A DNA stretch of 64,000 nt from Longimicrobiales bacterium. GTDB lineage: Bacteria; Gemmatimonadota; Gemmatimonadetes; Longimicrobiales; Gaopeijiaceae. Below, one piece after another: positions 19,597 to 29,299 of this stretch (within the stretch, counting starts at the first letter, position 1; each line of letters begins with the position of its first letter). The stretch is from NCBI GenBank assembly GCA_965219445.1, contig CBDCNQ010000002.1, positions 32,001-96,000 on the forward strand, written 5' to 3'. The position numbers and the translations under genes are program-made. Below the pieces are notes generated by a model. The model made no database searches. It had not been told where the DNA came from and worked only from the letters and a program-made list of their open reading frames with translations.

Positions 19597-19638
19597 TTGT
19601 AATCGTTCTGTGAGTGTTTTTTGTCATGGATCTGTAAC
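19597..19638. promoter_or_regulatory. Two Pho-box-like direct-repeat pairs
   Basis: TTGTAAT-N4-CTGTGAG (19597-19614) and TTGTCAT-N4-CTGTAAC (19621-19638); 11-bp period within each pair. Confidence 0.65.
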
Positions 19639-19665
19639 AACTCGGTGGTGGAAACGGAACAACCC

Positions 19666-20883
19666 ATGAGCCACATGACCCCGGTTCGACACCTGTCACT
19701 CGCGCTCACCCTCGGGCTTGCCCTCGCCGGCGGACCCGCATCCGCCCAGACCCGGGGCGGGGTCCCGGCACGGCCACCACCGGACGGGCCCGTGTCGATC
19801 AACACGGACGTGGTGCCTCGAGTTCGCGTGGTGCCGATCGCCGGCGGGCTCTCGCATCCGTGGGGCATGGCTTTCAGACGCAACGGCGACATCCTTGTGA
19901 CCGAGCGCGACAAGGGCATGCTTCGGGTGATCCGAGACGGCCGGCTCCAGGAACGCGACGTCCCAGGTGTGCCCGAAGTGTTCGCCGGTCGGAACCGTGC
20001 CGGGCTCATGGACATTGCCCTCCACCCCGACGACGACCGCATCGTCTACTTGACGTACACCAAGTCGATAGAGCATGAGGGAGAACCTGCCGAGACCGTT
20101 GCGCTGGCCCGGGGTCGCCTCGCCGGGGGTGAATTGACCGAGTTGGACGATATCTTCGTGGCGGAGGGCTTGGATGACGGCATCGCCGCATCCAGACTCC
20201 TCTTCCGGCCGGATGGCACACTCTTGATGAGCGTGGGCGGCTCCTACGTGTTCGCGGAGACGGGGGGGTACGCGCAGGACCCGGGCACCCACTTCGGCAA
20301 GCTTCTGAGGCTGAACGACGACGGGACGGCGCCCGACGACAATCCGTTTGTTGGCAACGCCGATTACCTTCCCGAAATCTACTCCATGGGCCACCGCAAC
20401 CAGCTCGGTCTCGCGTTTCACCCCGAAACGGGCGCCCTGTGGGCGAGTGAAAACGGACCGCAAGGTGGCGACGAGGTCAACATCATTCGTGCGGGAGGGA
20501 ACTACGGTTGGCCGATCGCCTCGTACAGCCGCCAGTACATCGGAGATTGGGTGACGGACACACCGTGGGTCGCCGAACTCGAAGCAGCCGAGGTGCTCTG
20601 GTGGCCGTCCATCGCGCCGTCCGGCCTGGTCTTCTACACGGGCGAGCACTTTCCCGCGTGGCAGGGCAACCTGTTCGTCGGCTCGATGATGGTCGGGAGG
20701 ATGCAGCACACCGGGCACTTGGAACGGATCGTGTTCAACGCGGACGGTGAGGAGATCCGGCGTGAGTGGTTGCTCACCGAGCTCAAACAGCGGATCCGAG
20801 ACGTTCGGCAGGGGCCCGACGGCTACCTCTATGTCCTGACCGAGGAGGACGACGCGGTGCTGCTCCGGCTCGAGCCGGCCTGA
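19666..20883 (+). CDS. PQQ-dependent sugar dehydrogenase (GSDH/YliI family), secreted
   Basis: Signal peptide; LSHPWGMAF, PEIYSMGHRNQLGL, ENGPQGGDEVN, NYGWP, RIRDVRQGPDG. Confidence 0.88.
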   Translation: MSHMTPVRHLSLALTLGLALAGGPASAQTRGGVPARPPPDGPVSINTDVVPRVRVVPIAGGLSHPWGMAFRRNGDILVTERDKGMLRVIRDGRLQERDVPGVPEVFAGRNRAGLMDIALHPDDDRIVYLTYTKSIEHEGEPAETVALARGRLAGGELTELDDIFVAEGLDDGIAASRLLFRPDGTLLMSVGGSYVFAETGGYAQDPGTHFGKLLRLNDDGTAPDDNPFVGNADYLPEIYSMGHRNQLGLAFHPETGALWASENGPQGGDEVNIIRAGGNYGWPIASYSRQYIGDWVTDTPWVAELEAAEVLWWPSIAPSGLVFYTGEHFPAWQGNLFVGSMMVGRMQHTGHLERIVFNADGEEIRREWLLTELKQRIRDVRQGPDGYLYVLTEEDDAVLLRLEPA

Positions 20884-20916
20884 GGAGCCGAGCCTGTCCT
20901 CTTATTCTCCGCCGGT

Positions 20917-22044
20917 CTATTGCACCCAGCGGACTCTCCAGATGCGCCCCGCTCCATCATCCGACACATACAGGCTCCCATCAGGCCCCACCTCGACCGC
21001 TACCGGTCGACCCAGGACGGCCCCGCCCCCGGTAAGCCAACCGGCAGCGAAGTCCTCGTAGGAGACGGGTTGCCCGTTCTCGACCCTTACCCTCACGACC
21101 TTGTATCCCGTGGGCTCGGAGCGATTCCAGGAGCCATGGAAGGCGAGGAACAGGTCGCCCCGGTACTCCACCGGAAACTGGTCCCCATCGTAGAAGACCA
21201 TCCCGAGGGGTGCCGAGTGCGCCTGCATCTCCAGGGCCGGCGAAACCGTTCCTACGCATCGAGACGGGTCCCCGTATTCGGGATTCGGTAGGCGGTCCTC
21301 GTAGCAAAATGGCCATCCGAAGTGCTCGACGGCACCTCCCGGCGAGAAGATGTTGATCTCCTCGGCGGGAACGTCGTCGCCGAGATTATCGCGCTCGTTC
21401 TGACTCGCCCAGAGCGCCCCGGTCTCGGGGTGGAACGCCAGCCCGACGGTGTTCCGAAGCCCCTCGGCGATGATCTCTTCACCCGAACCGTTGGCCGCGT
21501 AGCGCACGACGGCTGCGCGTCGTGCGTCGCCCTCCTCGCAGATGTTGCAGCTCGAGCCCACCGAGAGGTACAGCCGACCGTCGGGGCCGAACTCGATCTC
21601 ACGGGTCCAGTGGCCTCCGGTCGGAAGCCCAGGCACGATGACGGTCTCTTGAGTGAACGCCGGCCCCGCCAAGCGGATGACCTGATGGGTCTCGCCGACG
21701 TACAGGTCTCCGTCGCGGAACGCCAGCCCGAACGGCTGACGGAGTCCCGTCGCGACGACGGCTGGACCCCCGTTGGCGGTCCCATCCGCGTTCAGATCGA
21801 AGCGGACGATCTCACCGGCTGAAGAGCGCACCGCATAGAGCCGCCCGTCGGGGCCCATTTCTAGCATGCGAACCCCCGACAGACCCTCGGCGAAGATCGA
21901 CACCGCAAAGCCCTGCGGCACCTGCACGAAAGCCTGGGTGTCGTCATCGGTCGTCTGCCCGGTCCCGTCCGTGGGACCGGAGCACGCTGCGGACAGCACG
22001 AGGACCATGCTCAGGCCCACGCCAACGGTAGTATCGGCTCGCAT
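20917..22044 (-). CDS. PQQ-dependent sugar/sorbosone dehydrogenase family lipoprotein
   Basis: Lipobox SAAC; GGHWTR, VGSSCN, GLRNTVG, AHSAPLG, HGSWNR, GRPV. Confidence 0.88.
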   Translation of the reverse strand: MRADTTVGVGLSMVLVLSAACSGPTDGTGQTTDDDTQAFVQVPQGFAVSIFAEGLSGVRMLEMGPDGRLYAVRSSAGEIVRFDLNADGTANGGPAVVATGLRQPFGLAFRDGDLYVGETHQVIRLAGPAFTQETVIVPGLPTGGHWTREIEFGPDGRLYLSVGSSCNICEEGDARRAAVVRYAANGSGEEIIAEGLRNTVGLAFHPETGALWASQNERDNLGDDVPAEEINIFSPGGAVEHFGWPFCYEDRLPNPEYGDPSRCVGTVSPALEMQAHSAPLGMVFYDGDQFPVEYRGDLFLAFHGSWNRSEPTGYKVVRVRVENGQPVSYEDFAAGWLTGGGAVLGRPVAVEVGPDGSLYVSDDGAGRIWRVRWVQ

Positions 22045-22271
22045 CTTTACCCTCGCTCGTGTGTGACGACTGTCGACCCAACGGTGAACACCGAACTGCA
22101 GGTGAATGGTCCCGGTGCCCCCCGGATCTCGCCGTGACAAGCCTTCACCATAGCCACGTTCAGCGCGGCGTACGAGTGCGAAGCGGGGTGAGGCTCGGCT
22201 CGGTTTGCCCTGGGAGTTCTGACGAGGATCAGCTTGACTCCACTTTGGCGGTCCGCGATGATCATCGCGTC

Positions 22272-22607
22272 ATGAGACGATCAAGATCCCATAAGGCGAT
22301 TTCCGGCTTCCTGCTGTTCCTCCTCGGGGCGCTGGGCACGGGGCTTCCGACCCACAGTCATGGGATAGATGACCGTGACCTCGTCGAGCTCGTCGCGCCC
22401 GACCATCACGATCACGGTGTCGTCCTGACGGATCAGTCGGATCGGATCCCAACAGTGCCCGGCACGTTCGCCGTGTCGACCACCACGACGACGTTCGTGA
22501 CGCTCCCCATTTTCACCGAGGTTCAGGTCCCGCCGCTCCAGCGCGACGCACCTCATGAGCGTGCGCCCCCTTCCACCTCTCCACGCGCTCCTCCCCTCCC
22601 GATCTGA
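22272..22607 (+). CDS. His-rich leader protein (111 aa) with N-terminal hydrophobic segment and C-terminal RAPP-STSP-RAPP
   Basis: MRRSRSHKAISGFLLFLLGALG..THSH..DHHDH..HERAPPSTSPRAPPLPI; directly upstream of the metal RND operon. Confidence 0.78.
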   Translation: MRRSRSHKAISGFLLFLLGALGTGLPTHSHGIDDRDLVELVAPDHHDHGVVLTDQSDRIPTVPGTFAVSTTTTTFVTLPIFTEVQVPPLQRDAPHERAPPSTSPRAPPLPI

Positions 22608-22717
22608 TCCGAGCGCCTTCGGCGTCCGGACCCTACCCGTATAGCCTGAAACCGAGACGCTTCGGTGCCGCGTTTTCTTTTGGCATCGAGCCGGAACACG
22701 ACCCGGGAGTCGCGACA

Positions 22718-24049
22718 GTGAACAGTCCGATCAGAATCATCCTACTTCTCGCCGCCGTGAGCCTATGGCCCATCGACATGGGCGCACAGGAAACGATGGT
22801 GCGTGTGAGCCTCGACGAGGCGCTCCGACTTTTTTCCGAGAACAACCTCGAGCTCCGCCTTGCGCGCTCCCGAGAGGCAGAGGCAGAGGGACTCGCGCGA
22901 CAGGCGAGAGCATTTCCCAACCCGATCGTCGACCTCACTCGGGAGCCGCTTTCCCGAGGCGACCAAAATTACTCGGAGACCTACCTAAGCCTGAGCCAGC
23001 GCTTTGAGGTTTCGGGGGAACGGGGGGCCCGGGGCGAAGCGGCAGACTGGCTCTTGCTGGCCGCGGAAGCCCTCGTGCGAGCGGACAGCGCGCGGCTTGC
23101 GTTCGCGGTGAAGCGGGCGTTCGTCGAGGCGGCGGTGGCAGAGGACCACGTGGCAGTGACTGAGCAAGCCGTCGAGGTCTTTCGCCAAGGGGAGCGAAAC
23201 GCGGCCGTCCGGGAGGCTGAGGGGGACATTTCCGTCTACGACCTACAACGGCTGAGCATTGAGCGTATGCGCTACGAGAATCTGGTGGCCGAGGCGGATC
23301 TGGCGGCCTCGGCCGCCCGCAGAGAGCTGGCGTTACTCATCCTCCCGGATGCAGACGGATCGTCCGAGACGGCCAGGCCAGAGATCGGCCCTGGCGAGGG
23401 AATCGAGGCGTTGCCCAAAGAGCCCGTAGTCGACATTGCTTTCGAGAATTTCGAGTTCTTCGAGCGTGCGGTCGCGCGGCGACCGGAGGTCGAGGCTGCA
23501 GATGCGGAAATTCTGGCCGCTCAGGCCAACCAACGCGTGGCCCGTGCCGTACGCATTCCCGACATCACCGCCACGGGAGGCTACAAACGCCAATCTGACG
23601 GTTTCAGCGGAGCCTTCTTGGGATTGTCCGTTCCCCTTCCGCTGTTCGACCGCCGCTCGGGCGACATCGAGGCTACGGGGGCGCGGGTTCGCGCCGCCGA
23701 GGAGCGTGGCGTGCTGACCCGACGTCGGATAGAGGCAGATCTCCGCAACGCGATCGAGTCGTATAGGAGTCTGAGAGACCGGAGCACGTTCCTGGAAGGA
23801 AACCGCCCCGCTGGTAGTCCGAACATCCTCGAGATCGCACAAGTGGCTTACAACGCCGGTGAAATGACCCTCGTGGAGCTCTTGGATGCGGCAGATGCGC
23901 TTCGGGGCGCCCGAATGGCCGAGGCCCGCCTCGGGGCTGATCTACGGATCGCATTCTACGACCTAGAGCGGGCGCAGGGCGGTCTCGATGCGGAGGCTCC
24001 AGATGCTGACACTCCCCGACAGACGACTTCAACGGAGATCGCACGATGA
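22718..24049 (+). CDS. TolC/CzcC-family outer-membrane efflux protein
   Basis: Signal peptide; FPNP, IPDI..GGY, LSVPLPLFDR, AYNAGEMTLVELLDA. Confidence 0.9.
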   Translation: MNSPIRIILLLAAVSLWPIDMGAQETMVRVSLDEALRLFSENNLELRLARSREAEAEGLARQARAFPNPIVDLTREPLSRGDQNYSETYLSLSQRFEVSGERGARGEAADWLLLAAEALVRADSARLAFAVKRAFVEAAVAEDHVAVTEQAVEVFRQGERNAAVREAEGDISVYDLQRLSIERMRYENLVAEADLAASAARRELALLILPDADGSSETARPEIGPGEGIEALPKEPVVDIAFENFEFFERAVARRPEVEAADAEILAAQANQRVARAVRIPDITATGGYKRQSDGFSGAFLGLSVPLPLFDRRSGDIEATGARVRAAEERGVLTRRRIEADLRNAIESYRSLRDRSTFLEGNRPAGSPNILEIAQVAYNAGEMTLVELLDAADALRGARMAEARLGADLRIAFYDLERAQGGLDAEAPDADTPRQTTSTEIAR

Positions 24050-25608
24050 TTCGCCGTGCGGTGCGACGCTTTCGCGTGACGACGATGACGAGGAGGACGA
24101 GAACGGGAAGGGGAACGAGGATAGGAACGACCCCGGGGTCTTGGCTCGCGGTGGCGATCGCATCGGCCGTATGGGCTGGCGGCTGCGCCGATTCGGGCGC
24201 CGACACCCAGGAGGTGGAGATCGGCGTGGTCGTTGTGACTCAATGGAACGACGCGACGGAGCTCTTTCTCGAGTACCCGCACCCGGTCGCGGGGGAGGCG
24301 ACCGGAAATTGGGCGATTCACCTCACAGACATGGAGGACTTCAAGCCCATTCGTTCAGGGAGCCTGACCGCACGCTTCGCCAGTGCTACGGGTACGGCCG
24401 AGACGTTCGAAATCGATGTGCCGGCCCGTGACGGAATCTTCCTGCTCGATCCGGTCGTGCGAGAGCCCGGTACCTACCGCGTCGAGCTGGAACTCACGAG
24501 CGCACAGGTGAGCAGCAAACATATTCTCGACCAAGTCGTGGTCTATCCCAGCCTCGAGGAGCCTCTTGCGGTAGCGGAGACCGAAGACGAGGGCGGGATC
24601 GCGTTCCTGAAGGAGCAACAGTGGGTAATCCCCTTTGCGGTACACCCGACCGGCGAGGGCGAGGTGCATCGAACCGTGGTAGCTCCTGGGGAGATCGTGC
24701 CACCGGACGGCGCGCTGGTTCAGGTGAGCGCCCTGGTGGAGGGCATCGCGCCCGCCGAGGGAAATCGTGACGCTCCGTCGGTCGGCGAGGAAGTCCGTGA
24801 GGGTCAGATCCTTGTCGTCCTCGCCCCCACCGCTCAGGAGGGCGGCTTTGCACAGGCTCGGGGCCGAGTGGAGCGACTGGAACGGGAGGTGGAGAGGGCC
24901 GAGCGGCTGTTCGAGGCTGGAGCAATCCCCAGTCGGCGTTTGGAAGAGGCTCGTCACGACTTGGAGATCGCTCAAGCCGAGGTCGACGCCATGGGGGGCA
25001 TGACGGATGACAATTACCGACTCAGTCTGCGGGCCCCCATCTCCGGCGTCATAGCGGAGCGAAGCTTCGTGCCGGGAGGACGTGTGGAGCCGGGAGAGCC
25101 GCTCTTCACGATCGTGGATCTCTCTACGGCCTGGCTCCGAGTCCAAATGTCGGCGGCAGCCGCGACGAGCATTCCCGACGACGCGCGAGCCACCTTCACG
25201 ACGGAGGACTCGGATCTGGTCTTCGGTACGTCCCGGCTCCTTTCCGTCGGAAGTGTCATCAACCCCCAAACTCGCACCGTGCCCGTGGTCTTCGAAACCG
25301 AGGAAACCGGGGCTGTCCTAACCTTCGGGCAGCTCGCCCAGGCCGCCGTGCCGACGGGGGGCACAGTGATGGGCATCGTGCTCCCGAACAGTGCGATCCT
25401 CGATGACAACGGCACTTGGGTGGCCTACGTGCAGACGGGAGGTGAGGCGTTCGAACGGCGTATCCTCACTCTGGGTGCGAGCGACGGGGTGCGGTCTCAA
25501 GTGCTAGCCGGGGTGAGCCTCGGGGACATGGTTGTGACCACGGGCGCCTACCAAGTTCGCCTCGCCTCATTGTCCGGCGGTGAATTCGCCGGCGCACACA
25601 CTCATTAG
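24046..25608 (+). CDS. CusB/CzcB-family periplasmic adaptor (lipoprotein) with extra N-terminal domain
   Basis: Lipobox AGGC; TELFLEYP, FLKEQQW, LRAPISG, GAYQVRLAS; C-terminal HTH tripeptide; start may be slightly downstream. Confidence 0.88.
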   Translation: MIRRAVRRFRVTTMTRRTRTGRGTRIGTTPGSWLAVAIASAVWAGGCADSGADTQEVEIGVVVVTQWNDATELFLEYPHPVAGEATGNWAIHLTDMEDFKPIRSGSLTARFASATGTAETFEIDVPARDGIFLLDPVVREPGTYRVELELTSAQVSSKHILDQVVVYPSLEEPLAVAETEDEGGIAFLKEQQWVIPFAVHPTGEGEVHRTVVAPGEIVPPDGALVQVSALVEGIAPAEGNRDAPSVGEEVREGQILVVLAPTAQEGGFAQARGRVERLEREVERAERLFEAGAIPSRRLEEARHDLEIAQAEVDAMGGMTDDNYRLSLRAPISGVIAERSFVPGGRVEPGEPLFTIVDLSTAWLRVQMSAAAATSIPDDARATFTTEDSDLVFGTSRLLSVGSVINPQTRTVPVVFETEETGAVLTFGQLAQAAVPTGGTVMGIVLPNSAILDDNGTWVAYVQTGGEAFERRILTLGASDGVRSQVLAGVSLGDMVVTTGAYQVRLASLSGGEFAGAHTH

Positions 25609-25683
25609 CGTGGCGACCATCAGCGTGGCGGCGCTACACCATGGGGTGGCGACGCTACACTGTCGACCCAGGCGGAGACGACG

Positions 25684-28600
25684 ATGCTAGGGCGCGTGAT
25701 CCGCTGGTCTATCGACAACCACTTTCTTGTGTTGGTCGGGGCTTCCATTCTCGTCGTGGCCGGAACCATCACCGCGGTAAGCATGCCTGTCGACGTCTTT
25801 CCCGACCTGACCGCGCCCACCGTCACGGTTCTGACCGAGGCCCACGGGATGGCGCCCGAAGAGGTTGAGACCCTCGTCACCTTCCCGGTGGAGACGGCCG
25901 TGAACGGTGCCACGGGCGTACGCCGGGTGCGTTCTGCTACGTCACAAGGCATCAGCATCGTTTGGGTGGAGTTCGACTGGGGAACGGACATTTTCCGAGC
26001 TCGTCAGATCGTGAACGAGAAGCTTCAGCTAGTCGCGTCGGGACTCCCTGAGGGCGTCGAAGCACCGGTCCTGGCTCCGATCTCATCGATCATGGGCGAG
26101 GTCATGCTCATCGCCGTAACGGGCGATGCTTCGACATCACCGATGGACATGCGTTCCGTTGCCGATTGGACGGTCCGTAGGCGCCTCCTGGCGGTCCCCG
26201 GAGTTGCGCAGGTCGTGCCCTTGGGGGGTGAGGTCAAGCAGTACCAGGTTTTGGTGGATCCGCCCCGGTTGGCCGCTTTTGGCGTGACGCTCCAGGACGT
26301 AGTGCTCGCGGCGGGGGGCTCCAACGTAAACGCCTCGGGTGGCGTGTTCATGGAGCGGGGACAGGAATATCTGATCCGAGGGACGGGACGTGTCCAATAC
26401 GTCGACGACATTGCCGCTACCGTGGTCGCGGTGCGGGAGGGAACGCCCGTTACGATCGGCGACGTGGCCGATGTACGAATCGGGGCTGCTACCCGTCTCG
26501 GGGAGGGATCCGCCAACGCCAGTCGGGCCGTCATCCTCACTGTCCAGAAGCAGCCCGACACCAACACACTCGAACTCACCGAGAGCATCCTCCAGGAGCT
26601 GGCGGACATCGAGAGTGACCTTCCAGCCGGCATGGAGATCAACCGAGGCATTTTCCGCCAAGCGAGCTTCATCGAGACGGCGGTGGAGAATGTCATGGAA
26701 GCGCTCCGCGATGGAGCGATTTTGGTGGTGGTGATCCTCTTCATCTTCCTCTGGAGCTTTCGGACCACGCTCATCTCCGTGATCGCGATTCCCCTTTCGC
26801 TGATCACTGCGGTGTTGGTGCTGAAGATGTTGGATATCACGATCAACACGATGACTCTGGGCGGGATGGCGATCGCCATCGGGGCCCTCGTCGACGACGC
26901 GGTGATCGTCGTGGAGAATGTATTTCGGCGCTTGCGAGAGAATCATCAACAGCCGCCGGAGAATCGACGACCGGTCCATGACATCACCTTCGGAGCTTCG
27001 AAAGAGATTCTGGGGAGCATCGTCATCGCCACGTTGATCATCGGCGTGGTGTTCGTGCCGCTCCTCTTCTTATCCGGCGTAGAAGGCCGGATGCTCCGCC
27101 CGCTGGGACTCGCCTACATCGTCTCCATCATGGCCTCGCTGGTGGTGGCGCTCACTGTTACGCCCGCGCTCTCCGCATACCTGTTGCCGAGTTCCAGAGC
27201 CATGGACACGGACGAAGAAAGCCGGACTGTCCGCGTGTTCAAGCGTGGGTACGCGACCGCCCTCAGAATCGTGCTGCGTCATCGCCGCTTTGTCATGATG
27301 GGCGCCGCAATCCTCACCGCCGCTTCGTTGATAGCGCTTCCATTCCTCGGCCGCTCGTTCCTACCCGAGTTCCAAGAGGGCTCGCTAGTGATCAGCGCGC
27401 TCACCGTGCCCGGCACGTCGCTCGATGAGTCCGACGCACTAGGGCGTAGGATCGAAGAGATCCTACTCACCCATCCCGCGGTGGCGGAAACCGCCCGACG
27501 CACGGGCAGGGCGGAACTCGACGAGCACGCACAAGGGGTCAACGCCGCCGAGATCGATGTGCGGCTGGAATTAAGCGGGTATGACTATGACACCGTGCTC
27601 GAAGCGTTGCGCGCGAATCTGGCGCTTGTCCCTGGAACTCAGATTACGATTGGCCAGCCCATCGGTCATCGCATCGACCATATGTTGTCGGGCACGAGGG
27701 CCAGCATCGCCATCAAGATTTTTGGGCCAGACCTATACGAATTACGGCATCTAGCGGCCGATATCGAGGCTTTGGCGCGGCAAGTCGAGGGAACCGTGGA
27801 TGTCGCCACGGAAGCGCAGGCGGATGTACCCCAAGTGCGGGTGGCCATGGAGCGGCGGGCAATGGCCCGTTACGGCGTGACGCCGAGACACTTGGCCGAA
27901 GCCATCGATGTCGCCTTCGCTGGAGAATCCGTCTCGCAGGTTCTGGAGGGCGAGCGTGCCTTCGATCTCGTCGTACGCTTTGCCCCCGAGTACCGGGGCA
28001 GTCTCGACGCGGTGCGCACCGCTCGGGTCAACACTCCTGTGGGCTCTCAAGTCTCACTCGGATCTCTCGCCGACGTCCGTCAGGATCTGGGCCCCAACGC
28101 CATCTCCCGAGAGGACGTGCAGAGGTTGATCGTTGTACAGTCGAACGTTGCCGGACGTGACGTGGGCAGCGTCGTAGATGATATCCAGGTGGCGATCGAC
28201 GCCGAGTTGGATCTCCCCCCCGGGTACTACATCGAGTACGGGGGCCAATTCGAATCCGCCAACGAAGCCACCCGAACGATCGGCCTGATGAGCCTGCTTT
28301 CATTGGCGGCAATTTTCCTGCTTCTTTTTGTCGAATTCGGGTCCGTTCGACAGGTTCTGCTCGTCATGGTGAACCTTCCCTTAGCGCTCGTCGGCGGAAT
28401 CTTGGCCGTGTGGCTCAGTAGTGGCGTACTGAACGTGGCCACGTTGGTCGGGTTCATTACCCTCTTCGGCATCGCGATGAGGAACGGAATCCTCATGGTG
28501 AGCCACTACAACCATTTGCTCGCGGAGGGTGTGGCCCTACGACCAGCGGTGGTCCAGGGGTCCATGGAACGGCTGAGCCCGATCATGATGACGGCTCTCA

Positions 28601-28770
28601 CGGCCGGATTGGCCTTGCTACCTCTTGCGCTATCGGGAGGGGAGCCCGGGAATGAAATCCAGAGCCCCATGGCTGTTGTGGTGCTCGGAGGAATCCTCAC
28701 CTCGCTCGCTCTGAACATGGTTGTCGTGCCGGTGTTGTTCCTCGAGTATGGCACGACCAACCGGGCATAG
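25684..28770 (+). CDS. CusA/CzcA-family heavy-metal efflux RND permease
   Basis: DVFPDLTAP, INTMTLGGMAIAIGALVDDA, GRAELDEHA, ERLSPIMMTALTAGLAL. Confidence 0.95.
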   Translation: MLGRVIRWSIDNHFLVLVGASILVVAGTITAVSMPVDVFPDLTAPTVTVLTEAHGMAPEEVETLVTFPVETAVNGATGVRRVRSATSQGISIVWVEFDWGTDIFRARQIVNEKLQLVASGLPEGVEAPVLAPISSIMGEVMLIAVTGDASTSPMDMRSVADWTVRRRLLAVPGVAQVVPLGGEVKQYQVLVDPPRLAAFGVTLQDVVLAAGGSNVNASGGVFMERGQEYLIRGTGRVQYVDDIAATVVAVREGTPVTIGDVADVRIGAATRLGEGSANASRAVILTVQKQPDTNTLELTESILQELADIESDLPAGMEINRGIFRQASFIETAVENVMEALRDGAILVVVILFIFLWSFRTTLISVIAIPLSLITAVLVLKMLDITINTMTLGGMAIAIGALVDDAVIVVENVFRRLRENHQQPPENRRPVHDITFGASKEILGSIVIATLIIGVVFVPLLFLSGVEGRMLRPLGLAYIVSIMASLVVALTVTPALSAYLLPSSRAMDTDEESRTVRVFKRGYATALRIVLRHRRFVMMGAAILTAASLIALPFLGRSFLPEFQEGSLVISALTVPGTSLDESDALGRRIEEILLTHPAVAETARRTGRAELDEHAQGVNAAEIDVRLELSGYDYDTVLEALRANLALVPGTQITIGQPIGHRIDHMLSGTRASIAIKIFGPDLYELRHLAADIEALARQVEGTVDVATEAQADVPQVRVAMERRAMARYGVTPRHLAEAIDVAFAGESVSQVLEGERAFDLVVRFAPEYRGSLDAVRTARVNTPVGSQVSLGSLADVRQDLGPNAISREDVQRLIVVQSNVAGRDVGSVVDDIQVAIDAELDLPPGYYIEYGGQFESANEATRTIGLMSLLSLAAIFLLLFVEFGSVRQVLLVMVNLPLALVGGILAVWLSSGVLNVATLVGFITLFGIAMRNGILMVSHYNHLLAEGVALRPAVVQGSMERLSPIMMTALTAGLALLPLALSGGEPGNEIQSPMAVVVLGGILTSLALNMVVVPVLFLEYGTTNRA

Positions 28771-28779
28771 CGACGATGA

Positions 28780-29107
28780 TGCGTACGACGTGACCGAGAA
28801 GTACGGCCAGGCCCAGAAGCTCCACATCACGTTCACCATCTCGGGTGAGTTGGCTGCAGGACCTCGCATGAACGAGCGGTCCAGGTGGCATGAGTCGGTA
28901 TCTCCCTTCGAGGTGATCCCATGTACGCCCGAGGTTTCCTGGCGCTACGGCCGCCTGTATCGATACCTGAGAGATAACGGCCTGCTTATCGACGCGAACG
29001 ACCTCTGGATCGCCGCGACCGCTCTAGTATTTGAAATGCCAGTAGTTACACGGAATGAAAGACACTTCGCGCGCGTGCCAGAGCTGAACGTGATCGGTTA
29101 TCGGTGA
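28780..29107 (+). pseudogene. VapC/PIN-domain toxin fragment, N-terminus missing
   Basis: ISGELAAG..IDANDLWIAATAL..VVTRNERHFARVPEL; no first-strand xLDT motif and no antitoxin gene; left boundary approximate. Confidence 0.78.
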
Positions 29108-29299
29108 GGGGAATTCAATCAGGGGGACAGGACGAGGGCGGCTGCGAGAAGGTGTCGAGCCTTGAGTCCGGATCGAATGGACCGATATTGTGTAGGATGC
29201 GGCGAGTTCGATGTCCGGGGCGGGAGAGCCCCGAGCAGCCAATCACGGCCTGGCTGGACGGCTCGACGATGGCCAAGGCCCACGAGCGACGCGTACGAG

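Noticed and set aside
29108..29299. NAD+ (nadA motif) riboswitch upstream of nadA
   Set aside because: A hairpin is present at about 29231-29264, but I could not recognise the conserved core; an Rfam scan is needed.
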